Assembly (NCBI GenBank): GCA_035438745.1
Contig: DAORIX010000002.1
Span: 1,830 to 65,829 of the forward strand
Source: Minisyncoccota bacterium
GTDB taxonomy: Bacteria > Patescibacteriota > Minisyncoccia > Phycocordibacterales > UBA6065
Direction: 5' to 3'
Length of the DNA stretch: 64,000 bases
The position numbers were made by a program, and so were the translations under genes. The stretch's first letter is position 1. The number at the start of each line of letters is the position of its first letter. Below, piece by piece: positions 1 to 9,739 of this stretch. The notes under the pieces were generated by a model. The model saw only the letters and a list, made by a program, of their open reading frames with translations, was not told the DNA's origin and did no database searches.

Positions 1-125
1 TCCTTGGTCGACGTCTTGCCCACATTACCGGTGATCGCAACAATTTTTGGCTTATGAACAAAAAGCACGAGTCGTGCCTCGAGAGTGAGAATTTCAACAA
101 TAAGTCCTTTAAGAAAATTTTTCAT
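1..125 (-). CDS. Mur ligase family protein, N-terminal fragment (murE/murF-like); gene continues beyond the window start
   Basis: Minus-strand ATG at 125..123 with an in-frame stop 4 codons upstream. Translation MKNFLKGLIVEILTLEARLVLFVHKPKIVAITGNVGKTSTK carries the Mur-ligase P-loop (ITGxxGKT). It sits immediately downstream of ftsI, as in dcw clusters. Confidence 0.5.
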   Translation of the reverse strand, partial: MKNFLKGLIVEILTLEARLVLFVHKPKIVAITGNVGKTSTK

Positions 126-178
126 ATGAATGAGGGTTTAGATTCTAGATTCAATATTCCAGCTTCAGTCTTCCGTCC

Positions 179-1879
179 CTATCTATCCGGTGGAATAGAG
201 TAATAACTAATCAAAAACTTTGTCATGTCCATAAATGGCTCAGTCAACGTATGTGAAGCGTACTCAGCCCCTTTAGGATACACGGTAAACAAGAAAATAA
301 TAAAACGTGGCTTATAGGCTGGAAAATATCCAAAGAACGAATGCAAGTACCTATCATCATAATAGCCTCGCTCGGTAGTACGTGCAATTTGAGCGGTACC
401 AGTTTTTGCCGCGACACTGTAACGAGGAATTTTTACGGTTCCCTTGAGAAGAGCCTCGTCAACCACATTTACCAACATGCGTGTAATGGTTTCTGATGTC
501 TTTTCACTAAAAACACGAGTAGGTTCTGATGCAGTAACTTCTTTTGAAAGTCCTGTCGTGTAATCAATACGCTTCACCACATGAGGATTTGGTAAAATGC
601 CTCCATTTCCAAGAGCCGAAAGAGCTCGTACTGTTGCAATGGGAGTGAGCGCAATACCCTGCCCAAAAGCCGCAGTGGCATGCTCCACCGCACGATTGTT
701 AAACAAATTTTCTATTTTTCCATATACCTCGCCCGGTAAATCTATTCCCGTTTCTTCACCTAAACCAAGTGAGACATAATAATCAGTGAGCTGTTTATTG
801 CCGAGACGTGACGCAACAAAGGCCATACCCGTGTTAAGTGAGTCATTCAAAACCTTCTGCATGTTTACTTCTCCTCTACCGCGTCCATCGAAGTTTGAAA
901 TCTTTGCACCGTCAATTGTCACCGAACCTTTGTCGGTAAAAGTAGTCTCAGGAGTAACCACACCAGCATCAATACCCGCAGCCATAGCAAGGGGCTTAAC
1001 GATAGAACCCATCTCGTACACACCTTGAATTATAGGATTTCCAAATACACGAAAATCTTTTTCACTACTATATGCGTTGAGGTCAAAAGTAGGAGCGAGA
1101 GCAAGAGCATAAATCTCTCCTGTGTAGGGATCCATAATGACACCTCCAGACAAATCAGACTTCCAGGTGTCCTCTATTTTTTGCAAACGGTTTTCAAGCT
1201 CTTCCTGAACGGTGGGTTCAATGGTGAGAACAATATCCCCTTCTGATTTTTTCCCCTTGAGGGACTCTGAAAGATTAAGAAATATTTCAGCAAAGAAGTT
1301 TTGATATGCGCCCTCTGAAGAACGACTCAGAGTGTCGTTATAATATTTTTCGAGACCATAAAGGCCTCCAATCTCATTCTCCTCCTTATAGCCCACAAAA
1401 CCGAGTGTATGAGCAGCAATTTTCCCATAAGGATAGTAACGCCACTTTTCTTTGTATACGTTTACCCCTGCCAGTTTCAAAGACTCAATACGTGTTTTTG
1501 TATCGGTATCAAGACGTTTTGCTATTTCTTCATAAGAGTCATTTACTTTTGTTGCTTTGAGTAAAAAATCTTCCTCAGAAAGCTCAAAGATATCAGAAAA
1601 ACTGTTGTACACATCCTCGGGATATTCTATGAGTTTAGGATTGAGAGCGAGAGTATACCCCGTCTTGAGAGTTGCAGCTGACACAAGACTGCCGTCTTTT
1701 GCACTAAAGAAAATAGAGCCTCTGTTAAAAATAGTATCCCCTTGTTTTGTGTACTGTCGATCGGCCTTATTACGAAAATGATCTCCATACATAATCTGGA
1801 GATAGTATAATCGCCCTACAAAGAGTAGGGCGCATGCGATTACAAAAAAACCAATAAAGAAAATCCGAGAAGACTTCAT
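179..1879 (-). CDS. ftsI: Penicillin-binding protein transpeptidase (FtsI/PBP3-like), dcw cluster
   Basis: 566-aa ORF with an N-terminal TM, an SxxK motif (SIVKP) and a KTG motif (AAKTGTAQ). It follows ftsL-rsmH-mraZ on the same strand. Confidence 0.85.
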   Translation of the reverse strand: MKSSRIFFIGFFVIACALLFVGRLYYLQIMYGDHFRNKADRQYTKQGDTIFNRGSIFFSAKDGSLVSAATLKTGYTLALNPKLIEYPEDVYNSFSDIFELSEEDFLLKATKVNDSYEEIAKRLDTDTKTRIESLKLAGVNVYKEKWRYYPYGKIAAHTLGFVGYKEENEIGGLYGLEKYYNDTLSRSSEGAYQNFFAEIFLNLSESLKGKKSEGDIVLTIEPTVQEELENRLQKIEDTWKSDLSGGVIMDPYTGEIYALALAPTFDLNAYSSEKDFRVFGNPIIQGVYEMGSIVKPLAMAAGIDAGVVTPETTFTDKGSVTIDGAKISNFDGRGRGEVNMQKVLNDSLNTGMAFVASRLGNKQLTDYYVSLGLGEETGIDLPGEVYGKIENLFNNRAVEHATAAFGQGIALTPIATVRALSALGNGGILPNPHVVKRIDYTTGLSKEVTASEPTRVFSEKTSETITRMLVNVVDEALLKGTVKIPRYSVAAKTGTAQIARTTERGYYDDRYLHSFFGYFPAYKPRFIIFLFTVYPKGAEYASHTLTEPFMDMTKFLISYYSIPPDR

Positions 1880-1888
1880 ACCCTCACA

Positions 1889-2218
1889 TTATAAACCTTT
1901 ATGGAGAGAAAGTACGTTTGTATTACCTACAAGAGAAATAAAATGAGCATCTATCGTTGGCTTCGTAAAGCCGATACCGTACGCAAATTCTTCGCTTATT
2001 GTAGAACGAAGGGCATTGTACTCTGTCTCTAAATCACTCATCGAAGCGACAAGTTCAGCCTTCTCTGTATTGATATCCTTGCTCTCAACGGCAAGCATAA
2101 TAGCCCCGTTTATAAAATAAATGTAGAGAGCAAAGAGTAATACAAAAAGAGAACATGCCACCCAGAGGGTTACAGGGGTTTCCATTTTTTTTACATTGTT
2201 GAGAACGTATTGAGTCAT
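1889..2218 (-). CDS. Small bitopic membrane protein, FtsL-like cell division protein
   Basis: 109 aa with a single TM and a coiled-coil-like region, located between rsmH and ftsI. Confidence 0.5.
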   Translation of the reverse strand: MTQYVLNNVKKMETPVTLWVACSLFVLLFALYIYFINGAIMLAVESKDINTEKAELVASMSDLETEYNALRSTISEEFAYGIGFTKPTIDAHFISLVGNTNVLSLHKGL

Positions 2219-2220
2219 GT

Positions 2221-3111
2221 TTATTTTTTTATAAAAATTCTTAATTTTGAGCTACGAGAGCGAGGGTTGGCCTTGAGTTCTTCATCGTTTGGTATCAGTG
2301 GTTTCTTAAAGAGATTGGTACCGAGCATTAAACCTTCTTTTTCTTTAAAAAATCGTTTTACAATCCTGTCTTCCAAACTATGAAAGGTTATGACCGCTAT
2401 CCTTCCACCAGAACATGTTCTATCAAAAGCCTTGTGTAATCCTTCCCGAAGGGCACCCAACTCATCGTTTACCGCAATACGTATTGCCTGGAATGTCTTT
2501 GTGGCGGGATGAATCTTTTTCATGTGTACCCACCGTGGCAGAGCTTCCTCGATAATCGCCACGAGCTCACCGGTTGTCTCTATGGGTTTTTCCTCCCGAG
2601 CGAGAACAATTGCGCGAGCTATTCTCCGAGCAAATGTCTCTTCGCCGTATCCGTAAATAATGTCTGCTATGTTTTCCTCGTCCCACTCGTTTACCACATC
2701 ATATGCAGTGGTAGATTCCTCGTCTGGATTCTTTGAGAGAGTCATGACGAGAGGCTCATCGAGCTTTATTGCAAAACCCCTACCCGACTCATCTATTTGA
2801 TGAGACGAAACGCCGAGATCAAGGAGTACCTTGTTTACACATGAGATGTCTTCGTCATCGAGAACCGTATCAATGTTTCTAAAGTTCTCACGCACAAGGG
2901 TTACCTTGTCAGCAAAAGAAGCGAGGCGTGTTTCAGAGCGAGTAATAGCCTCCTCATCGAGGTCAATACCAATCGCCTGTATCTTTTTGCCTGTTTCAAA
3001 TGCACCAAGGATGTGTCCGCCCGACCCTAATGTACAATCGAGAAAAACATCTCCATCTTCAAAAGAAAGGCCTTTGATAACTTCATGTAAAAGAACGCTC
3101 TTGTGCATCAT
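2221..3111 (-). CDS. rsmH: 16S rRNA (cytosine1402-N4)-methyltransferase RsmH/MraW
   Basis: 296 aa with an SAM-binding glycine motif (DCTLGSGGH). Downstream of mraZ. Confidence 0.9.
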   Translation of the reverse strand: MMHKSVLLHEVIKGLSFEDGDVFLDCTLGSGGHILGAFETGKKIQAIGIDLDEEAITRSETRLASFADKVTLVRENFRNIDTVLDDEDISCVNKVLLDLGVSSHQIDESGRGFAIKLDEPLVMTLSKNPDEESTTAYDVVNEWDEENIADIIYGYGEETFARRIARAIVLAREEKPIETTGELVAIIEEALPRWVHMKKIHPATKTFQAIRIAVNDELGALREGLHKAFDRTCSGGRIAVITFHSLEDRIVKRFFKEKEGLMLGTNLFKKPLIPNDEELKANPRSRSSKLRIFIKK

Positions 3112-3177
3112 ATATTTCGGTGTGTCTGAATCAGAAAATAAAAAATTATTTTATGCTCTGATTCATACGCACAACTT

Positions 3178-3612
3178 TTAGAGAACGCCGATTTGTCCGA
3201 GCTTCTCTGCAAGCGTATCTGCTTGCTTTTCTACGACCTTTTTATAGTCGGTCCATGCTTTTTCATTCCAAATCTCAGCACGCGACTGAACTCCAATGAT
3301 CACCACTTTGTCTTTGAGACCCGCACGCTCTCTCAAGAAATCAGGGAGTAAAATACGACCAATTGAGTCCACATCAACGAGAACCGCACCTCCAAACATA
3401 AAACGGTTGAAACTACGATTGTCCGCCTGAAGCATTGAGGACTCTGAAAGTTTTTTAGATATAACTTCCCACTCCTTTACTGCAAAAATAAACAGACAAT
3501 TGTCGAGACCTGGAGTCACCACAACTTTTTTACCCATCTCTTGTCGAAACTTTGCGGGCAGAGAGACGCGATTCTTGTCATCAAAAGCATGTGTGTATTC
3601 TCCAATGAGCAT
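3178..3612 (-). CDS. mraZ: Transcriptional regulator MraZ
   Basis: 144 aa with a duplicated MraZ fold (FDDKNRVSLP ... DSIGRILLP). First gene of the dcw cluster. Confidence 0.9.
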   Translation of the reverse strand: MLIGEYTHAFDDKNRVSLPAKFRQEMGKKVVVTPGLDNCLFIFAVKEWEVISKKLSESSMLQADNRSFNRFMFGGAVLVDVDSIGRILLPDFLRERAGLKDKVVIIGVQSRAEIWNEKAWTDYKKVVEKQADTLAEKLGQIGVL

Positions 3613-3832
3613 GGTTATGGTCTTTTTATACGCACAGGCTGTCGCATCTTCAAACCTACAATCTTTACGATTTTTATTTCACGGAACGTGGTTCCATTTT
3701 TTATAACGTATGTTGTGGTGATGGCTCGCATATTTTTGTGAGAAATTATTCATACCACTATTTCCCACTTACATATTATTGTATAACACTCTCACCCACT
3801 TGCCTACAAAGTTATCCACCTTTTTCATGTAC

Positions 3833-3862
3833 AAAAAAACAATTCCGTGTGGAATTGTTTTT
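3833..3862. terminator. Bidirectional rho-independent terminator between lysS (minus) and the dcw promoter region
   Basis: 7-bp stem caattcc/ggaattg with loop gtgt, flanked by an A7 run upstream and a T5 run downstream. Confidence 0.45.
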
Positions 3863-3886
3863 AAAAAATAATTTGTTTAAAAAACG

Positions 3887-5350
3887 CTATTCTGAGTCTT
3901 TTTTTGGCTTCATGAGAGGAAATAAATGTGTCTCACGTAGTGGTTTGTCGGCAAGAAAGGCAAACAAGCGCTCACCAAAGCCGAAACCACAGGTAGGAGG
4001 CATCCCATGCTCGAGCATTTCCACGAATTCCCCGTCAAACATCATTGCCTCCTCATCACCCGCAAGGGTAAGTTTCTGCTGTGCGAGAAAACGCTCACGT
4101 TGATCGAGAGGGTCATTTAACTCAGAATATCCTCTACCTACCTCACTGCCCGCAATGAGAGGCTGAAACATCTGGACAGTCTGTTTGTCTGAGAGCGCTT
4201 TTGCGAGAGGGGCAACAAGCACAGGATGATGTACGAGAAAAGCAGGACCTGAAATATTTTTTCGGCAGTACTTCCACAGAGTATCTGTTAAACGCTCACG
4301 ATTGTCCCCTTCATACTTCACATGGAGCTCTTCGAGCTTCTTTTTGATGTCTTTTTCAGAAGAAGTATAGACATTGATACCTGTTTGCTTTTGTATCTCA
4401 TCGGCATAGTTAATTTCTTTCCACTCATCTGCCAAATCAAAGGTGTGTCCTCGTGTAGTAAATTTCGTCTTACCAAAAACCTCACGCGCAATGGTGCGAT
4501 AGAGCTCAGTAACGAGCTTCATACCATCACGATAGTCTGCATACGACCAATAGAACTCCATGTTAGTAAATTCTTGGAGATGTTCCGGACTCGAACCTTC
4601 ATTACGATATACCCGTCCGATTTCAAACGTTTTTTGAAAGCCACCCGCCATCAATCTTTTCTGCCAAAGCTCACCCACAGAGATACGGAGAAACACATCG
4701 AGGTCATAATCATTGTGATGTGTCTTGAAAGGACGAGCCTCTGCTCCGCCTGTCGTTATTTCAAGTGTAGGAGTCTCCACTTCAAGGAATCCTTCTTTTT
4801 TAAGAAATGTCCTCGTTACATCCCAAAATTTTGATCGTTTTACAAAAAGATCTCGAAGCTCTGGATCAGTTGCCAAATCAAGATAGCGCTTTCTCAAACG
4901 AATATCCTCGTCTTGAATACCGTGCCATTTCTCAGGCATAGGAAGGAGAGACTTTGATGCCATGAGCCACGAGGAAACGAGCACTGATGGCTCACCTCTC
5001 TGAGTGGTGAAAAACGTTCCGGTAATGCTCAGAAAATCTCCTATATCAACCGTATCAACAAAGAGAGAGAAAGCGGTCGCATCAAGAGAGTCTTTTTTGA
5101 AAACAAACTGAAAGGTTCCCTTTCCATCATCGAGCACCACAAAATAAATTGCCCCCTGACCACGGATAGCCATGACGCGCCCTGTGAGAGAAATAGTTTT
5201 ATTTGTTTTGACGTAGTCATCGAAAACAAGACGTGCATCTTTGAGGCACATGTCTCGTGGAACCTTGCTCGGATAGGCCTCAAAACCAGCTTTTTTTAAA
5301 AGCTCAATTTTTGCTATGCGTGTGTTTCGTATTTCGATCTCTGATGCCAT
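3887..5350 (-). CDS. lysS: Lysyl-tRNA synthetase, class II
   Basis: 487 aa with an OB anticodon-binding N-terminus and class II motifs (FEIGRVYRNEG, GGFGFGERLFAFL). Confidence 0.9.
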   Translation of the reverse strand: MASEIEIRNTRIAKIELLKKAGFEAYPSKVPRDMCLKDARLVFDDYVKTNKTISLTGRVMAIRGQGAIYFVVLDDGKGTFQFVFKKDSLDATAFSLFVDTVDIGDFLSITGTFFTTQRGEPSVLVSSWLMASKSLLPMPEKWHGIQDEDIRLRKRYLDLATDPELRDLFVKRSKFWDVTRTFLKKEGFLEVETPTLEITTGGAEARPFKTHHNDYDLDVFLRISVGELWQKRLMAGGFQKTFEIGRVYRNEGSSPEHLQEFTNMEFYWSYADYRDGMKLVTELYRTIAREVFGKTKFTTRGHTFDLADEWKEINYADEIQKQTGINVYTSSEKDIKKKLEELHVKYEGDNRERLTDTLWKYCRKNISGPAFLVHHPVLVAPLAKALSDKQTVQMFQPLIAGSEVGRGYSELNDPLDQRERFLAQQKLTLAGDEEAMMFDGEFVEMLEHGMPPTCGFGFGERLFAFLADKPLRETHLFPLMKPKKDSE

Positions 5351-5363
5351 GAAAAGAGATTAA

Positions 5364-5831
5364 TTACTGAATAGAAAGTATTTTATAAGCAATTGCCCCT
5401 TTTGGAGTTGTAACAGATACTGAATCGCCCTTCTTCTTGCCAATGAGCGCCAAACCGAGTGGTGACTGATTAGAGATCTTGCCTTCATGTGCGTTCACCT
5501 CTTCTGACCCAACAATTTTAAATGAAGCCTCTCCTCCTCCAGATTTCTGAACTTTGATAGTAGAACCCATGCCGACAGAATCCGCATGACGGTCTCCGAC
5601 AATTTCAGCTGTTTTGAGTGTGTCCTCGATAATAGCGATACGGTTTTCAATAGTAGCCTGCATTTCACGTGCCTCCTGATACTCTGCGTTCTCGGATAGA
5701 TCTCCGAGTGAACGTGCGTATTCGAGATTTTGAGCAACCTCTCGACGCTTAACCGTCTTTAAATCCTCAAGTTCTTTTGAAAGCTCTGCAAACTTCTCCT
5801 TGGTAAGGTACTTTATATTTTCCATAGACAT
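5364..5831 (-). CDS. greA: Transcription elongation factor GreA
   Basis: 155 aa with an N-terminal coiled-coil bearing acidic residues and a C-terminal FKBP-like domain. Typical GreA length. Confidence 0.85.
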   Translation of the reverse strand: MSMENIKYLTKEKFAELSKELEDLKTVKRREVAQNLEYARSLGDLSENAEYQEAREMQATIENRIAIIEDTLKTAEIVGDRHADSVGMGSTIKVQKSGGGEASFKIVGSEEVNAHEGKISNQSPLGLALIGKKKGDSVSVTTPKGAIAYKILSIQ

Positions 5832-5905
5832 TGATTAAGTAATGGAAAGATAATAACGTATTTTTTAGTAAAAGGCAAACAACCCTCTCCTCTGCTCAAA
5901 AACGA

Positions 5906-7612
5906 CTACTTGAGATACTCAGGAGTATACAACTCCATCCAATCGAGCATCTCTCTCATAACAAACGTACCTCCATATATATTGGCACGTGGACCACTTT
6001 CCATAATAACCGCAAAGGCATAGCGGGGGTTTTTATAAGGGAAAAAACCAGTAACCCATGAGTTTACATTCTGCTTCGACACACCAAGCTCCGCCGTTCC
6101 TGTCTTTGCAGCAACCTCAACATACGAAACATTGAGACCTGATGCACTACCTATTGTTGCACCCATACGCATACCCTCTTTAACAACATTAAACTGATCT
6201 TGAGTGAATGGTAATTCGAATCGTTTTACCTCATTACTTGATGTAGCTACACGTAAAATTGATGGCTCGAGTAATGATCCGCTATTTGCAATAGACGCCG
6301 TACCACGAAGTATTTGAAGAGGAGTTACTTGAAAACCGTACTGTCCGATTGATGTGAAATACGTATCACCGATACGCCACGGATCACCCGGAAATACTTT
6401 TTCTTTCCATGCGGGCGACGGTACTACCCCTGCAGGACCCGCAAAGAAAGGATGAGTCTGCTCCTTTCCAAAACCAAAAAGAGACAGATATTCATCGATC
6501 GCTTGAATACCAAGACCTTTTTGTTTTTCAAAACCTCCACCAATTTGATAAAAATAGACGTCTGAAGAAACCGCGATCGCCTTGCGCATATCAACTGACC
6601 CGTGATTTTTCCAATCATTAAATACCGTCTTTTTTGTTGGATCATACGGATTTTGAATAGAAATTGAACCCGTGGTAACTATTTCCTTGTTCGGATCAAT
6701 AATATTTTCAGAAAGCGCAGCGAGTGCCATGTATGGTTTTACAATAGAACCAGGCGTATAGAGTCCGGTAAGAAACCTATCAAGAAATGGTTTTCTTTTA
6801 TCAGTATTGTACTCAGAAATAGCAGAACGATCGCCCGATGAAAGAGCTTGGCTATCGTATTCTGGGTAACTCGTCATTGCAATAATTTCGCCCGTCTTCA
6901 CATCAATGATACCTCCCGCTCCTCCCGTAAAACCAACACGGGGCGCAAGCTCTTCTATGTATTCATACAACTTTTTCTGTAAACGTGAATCGATAGATAG
7001 ATAGACGTTTTGCCCAGTAATAGCCGGCTCAACAACCGAACCAGATTGCACCTCACCCAAAGCGTCTGTTTCAATAATTTTGAGACCGTGCTCTCCCTTG
7101 AGAAGATCGTTATAAATTTTTTCTACGCCCTGAACACCCTCAAAATCTTTTCTAAAATAAAAACCATTTTTGTCTTTTGATGGATACCGTATGTAACCAA
7201 GCACATGAGCAAACCCTTTGTCTCTAATATAATTGCGTTCCGAAAAGTCCTCGTCTTCTGTATGTGTGGCATTCCATACCAAACGAACGCCATTGCGATC
7301 AAAAATAGCGCCCCTATCAGCAAAAATAGTTTCGTGTAAAAGTCGATTATTTTCACTCCGTGCCGCATACACTGCCCCATTTTTGACTTCGAGAAACCAT
7401 GCACGCCCTATGAGAATCGCCACGAGTATACCAAAACAAGCCGACACGATAATCACCGCTGAAATGTTTATAGGTTTTTCGAGACGCCCTTCAAACTGAT
7501 ACGTATCAAACTGAGGAAGATTTTTTGAGTCAAGAAAAATCTCGTCCGGATCGATGTTGGCGGAACGAGAACTGAACCTTTTAGTAAAAAGTCTTTTGAA
7601 CGAAGAAAGCAT
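5906..7612 (-). CDS. mrdA: Penicillin-binding protein 2 (elongasome transpeptidase)
   Basis: 568 aa with an N-terminal TM, an SxxK motif (GSIVKP) and a KTG motif (AAKTGTAE). It lies directly downstream of mreB-mreC-mreD. Confidence 0.85.
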   Translation of the reverse strand: MLSSFKRLFTKRFSSRSANIDPDEIFLDSKNLPQFDTYQFEGRLEKPINISAVIIVSACFGILVAILIGRAWFLEVKNGAVYAARSENNRLLHETIFADRGAIFDRNGVRLVWNATHTEDEDFSERNYIRDKGFAHVLGYIRYPSKDKNGFYFRKDFEGVQGVEKIYNDLLKGEHGLKIIETDALGEVQSGSVVEPAITGQNVYLSIDSRLQKKLYEYIEELAPRVGFTGGAGGIIDVKTGEIIAMTSYPEYDSQALSSGDRSAISEYNTDKRKPFLDRFLTGLYTPGSIVKPYMALAALSENIIDPNKEIVTTGSISIQNPYDPTKKTVFNDWKNHGSVDMRKAIAVSSDVYFYQIGGGFEKQKGLGIQAIDEYLSLFGFGKEQTHPFFAGPAGVVPSPAWKEKVFPGDPWRIGDTYFTSIGQYGFQVTPLQILRGTASIANSGSLLEPSILRVATSSNEVKRFELPFTQDQFNVVKEGMRMGATIGSASGLNVSYVEVAAKTGTAELGVSKQNVNSWVTGFFPYKNPRYAFAVIMESGPRANIYGGTFVMREMLDWMELYTPEYLK

Positions 7613-7624
7613 GGGTACCCTCTA

Positions 7625-7879
7625 TTATACATTTCGTGCAAAACTTTTCTTGAGCCAAAAAGAAATGATCACTAAAATACCCCCGAGAATAAGCCCTGTA
7701 TAATGAAAATGATCTGAAGGTATACCAAACAAAACATCATAGAGACCTCCCCACAACACAAGTTCGTAAAAATTGCTTACAAAAAATATCCCCACAAGAG
7801 CAGAAATAAGTGCCACCCACCATGGCAAAAATAACAAGGAAACAATAATAGCGATGTTAACAGTGGTACGTGGACTCAT
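7625..7879 (-). CDS. Small polytopic membrane protein, possible minimal MreD
   Basis: 84 aa with 2-3 TM segments. Its position between mreC and mrdA is where mreD is expected. Confidence 0.4.
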   Translation of the reverse strand: MSPRTTVNIAIIVSLLFLPWWVALISALVGIFFVSNFYELVLWGGLYDVLFGIPSDHFHYTGLILGGILVIISFWLKKSFARNV

Positions 7880-7881
7880 GA

Positions 7882-8682
7882 TTATTGTGGCAAAGCAAAT
7901 ATATCGACAAAGTTGATATCATTAATATTGAAAGGACTTTTAAAATAAACGGTCTGAATGGATTCAGCTGAATCAGTCTCCACATATTCAACAATACCCA
8001 GAATAGAGACATTGATAGATGGAGCTTTTATGACATCACCCTTCTCAACGAGTACATCAATAGGAAGCGAGAGTATGAAATTACCTCCTCCACGGCCAAT
8101 AGCGGTACCAGACACAGATCGTGGTCCAATAAGCACAAGAGTTTCTTTACCTGGAGATGAGTAGAGTTCAACTTTTGATAGCGAATTTTCAACTTCAACA
8201 ATATCACCCATGAGGACTTGTCCTGGACCGTACACCTTGTCTCCAATCGACACCCCCTGTCTCAAACCCGCATCGAGAATGAGAGAGTCGTACGGAGAAA
8301 ATGGCGGGCGTCTGAGGACGACACCTAAAACACGAGAAACACCTTCTGATCTACCCAAGAGCTCCTTAAACTCTTCATTTTGTGCGACAACTTCAGCTAA
8401 ATACAGACGCTCAGAAGCAAAACGCTCACGCTCAAGAAGGAGCGCTTCGTTTTCTTTCACTAGAGATGACTTTGATTTCATTATTGCAAGAGCATTTTCA
8501 AAAGACCCTAATGCAAAAAATTCAAAACGCCATATCGGCGAAAAAACTTTTGACGTAATCGAAAAGAAAAAGTTGGGCGCAAGAATAAATCCAGATGCAA
8601 AAATAAACAACACAACAAAAGATACGAAAACATTGCGTCTCGCATTCGTTTTTGTACGGTTACTTGGTTGGAGGTAAGTCAT
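7882..8682 (-). CDS. mreC: Rod shape-determining protein MreC
   Basis: 266 aa with an N-terminal TM, a coiled coil and C-terminal beta domains. Its start overlaps the mreB stop. Confidence 0.8.
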   Translation of the reverse strand: MTYLQPSNRTKTNARRNVFVSFVVLFIFASGFILAPNFFFSITSKVFSPIWRFEFFALGSFENALAIMKSKSSLVKENEALLLERERFASERLYLAEVVAQNEEFKELLGRSEGVSRVLGVVLRRPPFSPYDSLILDAGLRQGVSIGDKVYGPGQVLMGDIVEVENSLSKVELYSSPGKETLVLIGPRSVSGTAIGRGGGNFILSLPIDVLVEKGDVIKAPSINVSILGIVEYVETDSAESIQTVYFKSPFNINDINFVDIFALPQ

Positions 8683-9724
8683 CTTCGCCTTGTATTAAAA
8701 TATCCCGATATTTACTAATGTCTTCAAGAATAATACCGGTACCTCGAGCAACAGCGGTGAGCGGATCTTCAGCAATATGAACAGGAATTTTAATATGTTC
8801 ACTGATGAGCTCATCGAGTCCTTTGATAAGCGCCCCTCCTCCTACGAGATAAACACCTCTGTGCATAACATCGGCTAGAATTTCTGGAGGAGTTGTTTCC
8901 AAAACCTCTCGAATTGACTCAACGAGGTGATCAATAGACTGTGATATTGCCTCTCGAATATCATCGTCAGTTACCACTACTTCACGAGGAAGACCTGTGA
9001 CGAGATCCCTACCGCGAATAGAAGCTTCGTGTGATTCACGTCCTGGCACAACAACACCAATCGCAATTTTCACTTGCTCAGCAGTTTTTTCTCCAATCAA
9101 AATCTTAAACTCGTTTCGAATATACGACATGATGTCGGAATTGAGTTTGTCGCCTGCTATCTTGAGACTTTTTGAGCGCACAGCACCACCGAGAGCGATA
9201 ACCGCAATGTCAGTAGTACCACCACCGATATCAATAACCATATTACCGACAGGTTCGTGAATAGGTAACCTAATACCAATAGCTGCCGCCATAGGCTGTT
9301 CAACAACATGCACCTCGCGAGCGCCAGCGTTTCGTGTAGCATCTCTCACAGCACGAGCCTCAACGTTTGTAACTCCCGAAGGAATACCTACAACAACACG
9401 AGGTCCAAAAAAAGTACGAGATTTTTTCTGTGCTTTATTCAAAAGGTAGACAATCATTTCCTCTGCAACTTCAAAGTCAGAAATAACACCGTCGACAAGC
9501 GGTCGCACAGCCACAATATGTCCCGGTGTCCTACCGAGCATTTCTTTTGCTTGTGTACCTACAGCAACTACACGACCAGTTTTCTGATTTACAGCTACAA
9601 CCGAAGGCTCGTTAATCACAATGCCTTGGCCGTTTACATAGACGAGCGTATTGGCAGTTCCCAAGTCGATGCCAATATCATTCGAAAACATTCGATACAG
9701 TTTTTCTAGAAAAGGTAGATTCAT
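8660..9724 (-). CDS. mreB: Rod shape-determining actin homolog MreB
   Basis: 354 aa with actin-fold phosphate motifs (IGIDLGTANTLVYV, VIDIGGGTTDIAV). Confidence 0.9.
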   Translation of the reverse strand: MNLPFLEKLYRMFSNDIGIDLGTANTLVYVNGQGIVINEPSVVAVNQKTGRVVAVGTQAKEMLGRTPGHIVAVRPLVDGVISDFEVAEEMIVYLLNKAQKKSRTFFGPRVVVGIPSGVTNVEARAVRDATRNAGAREVHVVEQPMAAAIGIRLPIHEPVGNMVIDIGGGTTDIAVIALGGAVRSKSLKIAGDKLNSDIMSYIRNEFKILIGEKTAEQVKIAIGVVVPGRESHEASIRGRDLVTGLPREVVVTDDDIREAISQSIDHLVESIREVLETTPPEILADVMHRGVYLVGGGALIKGLDELISEHIKIPVHIAEDPLTAVARGTGIILEDISKYRDILIQGEDDLPPTK

Positions 9725-9739
9725 AAAAGAGTTTCGGTA

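Noticed and set aside
597-1781. Plus-strand ORFs antisense to ftsI (597..779, 786..1028, 1025..1246, 1306..1560, 1557..1781)
   Set aside because: They overlap a well-supported PBP gene on the opposite strand. They have no domain signals.
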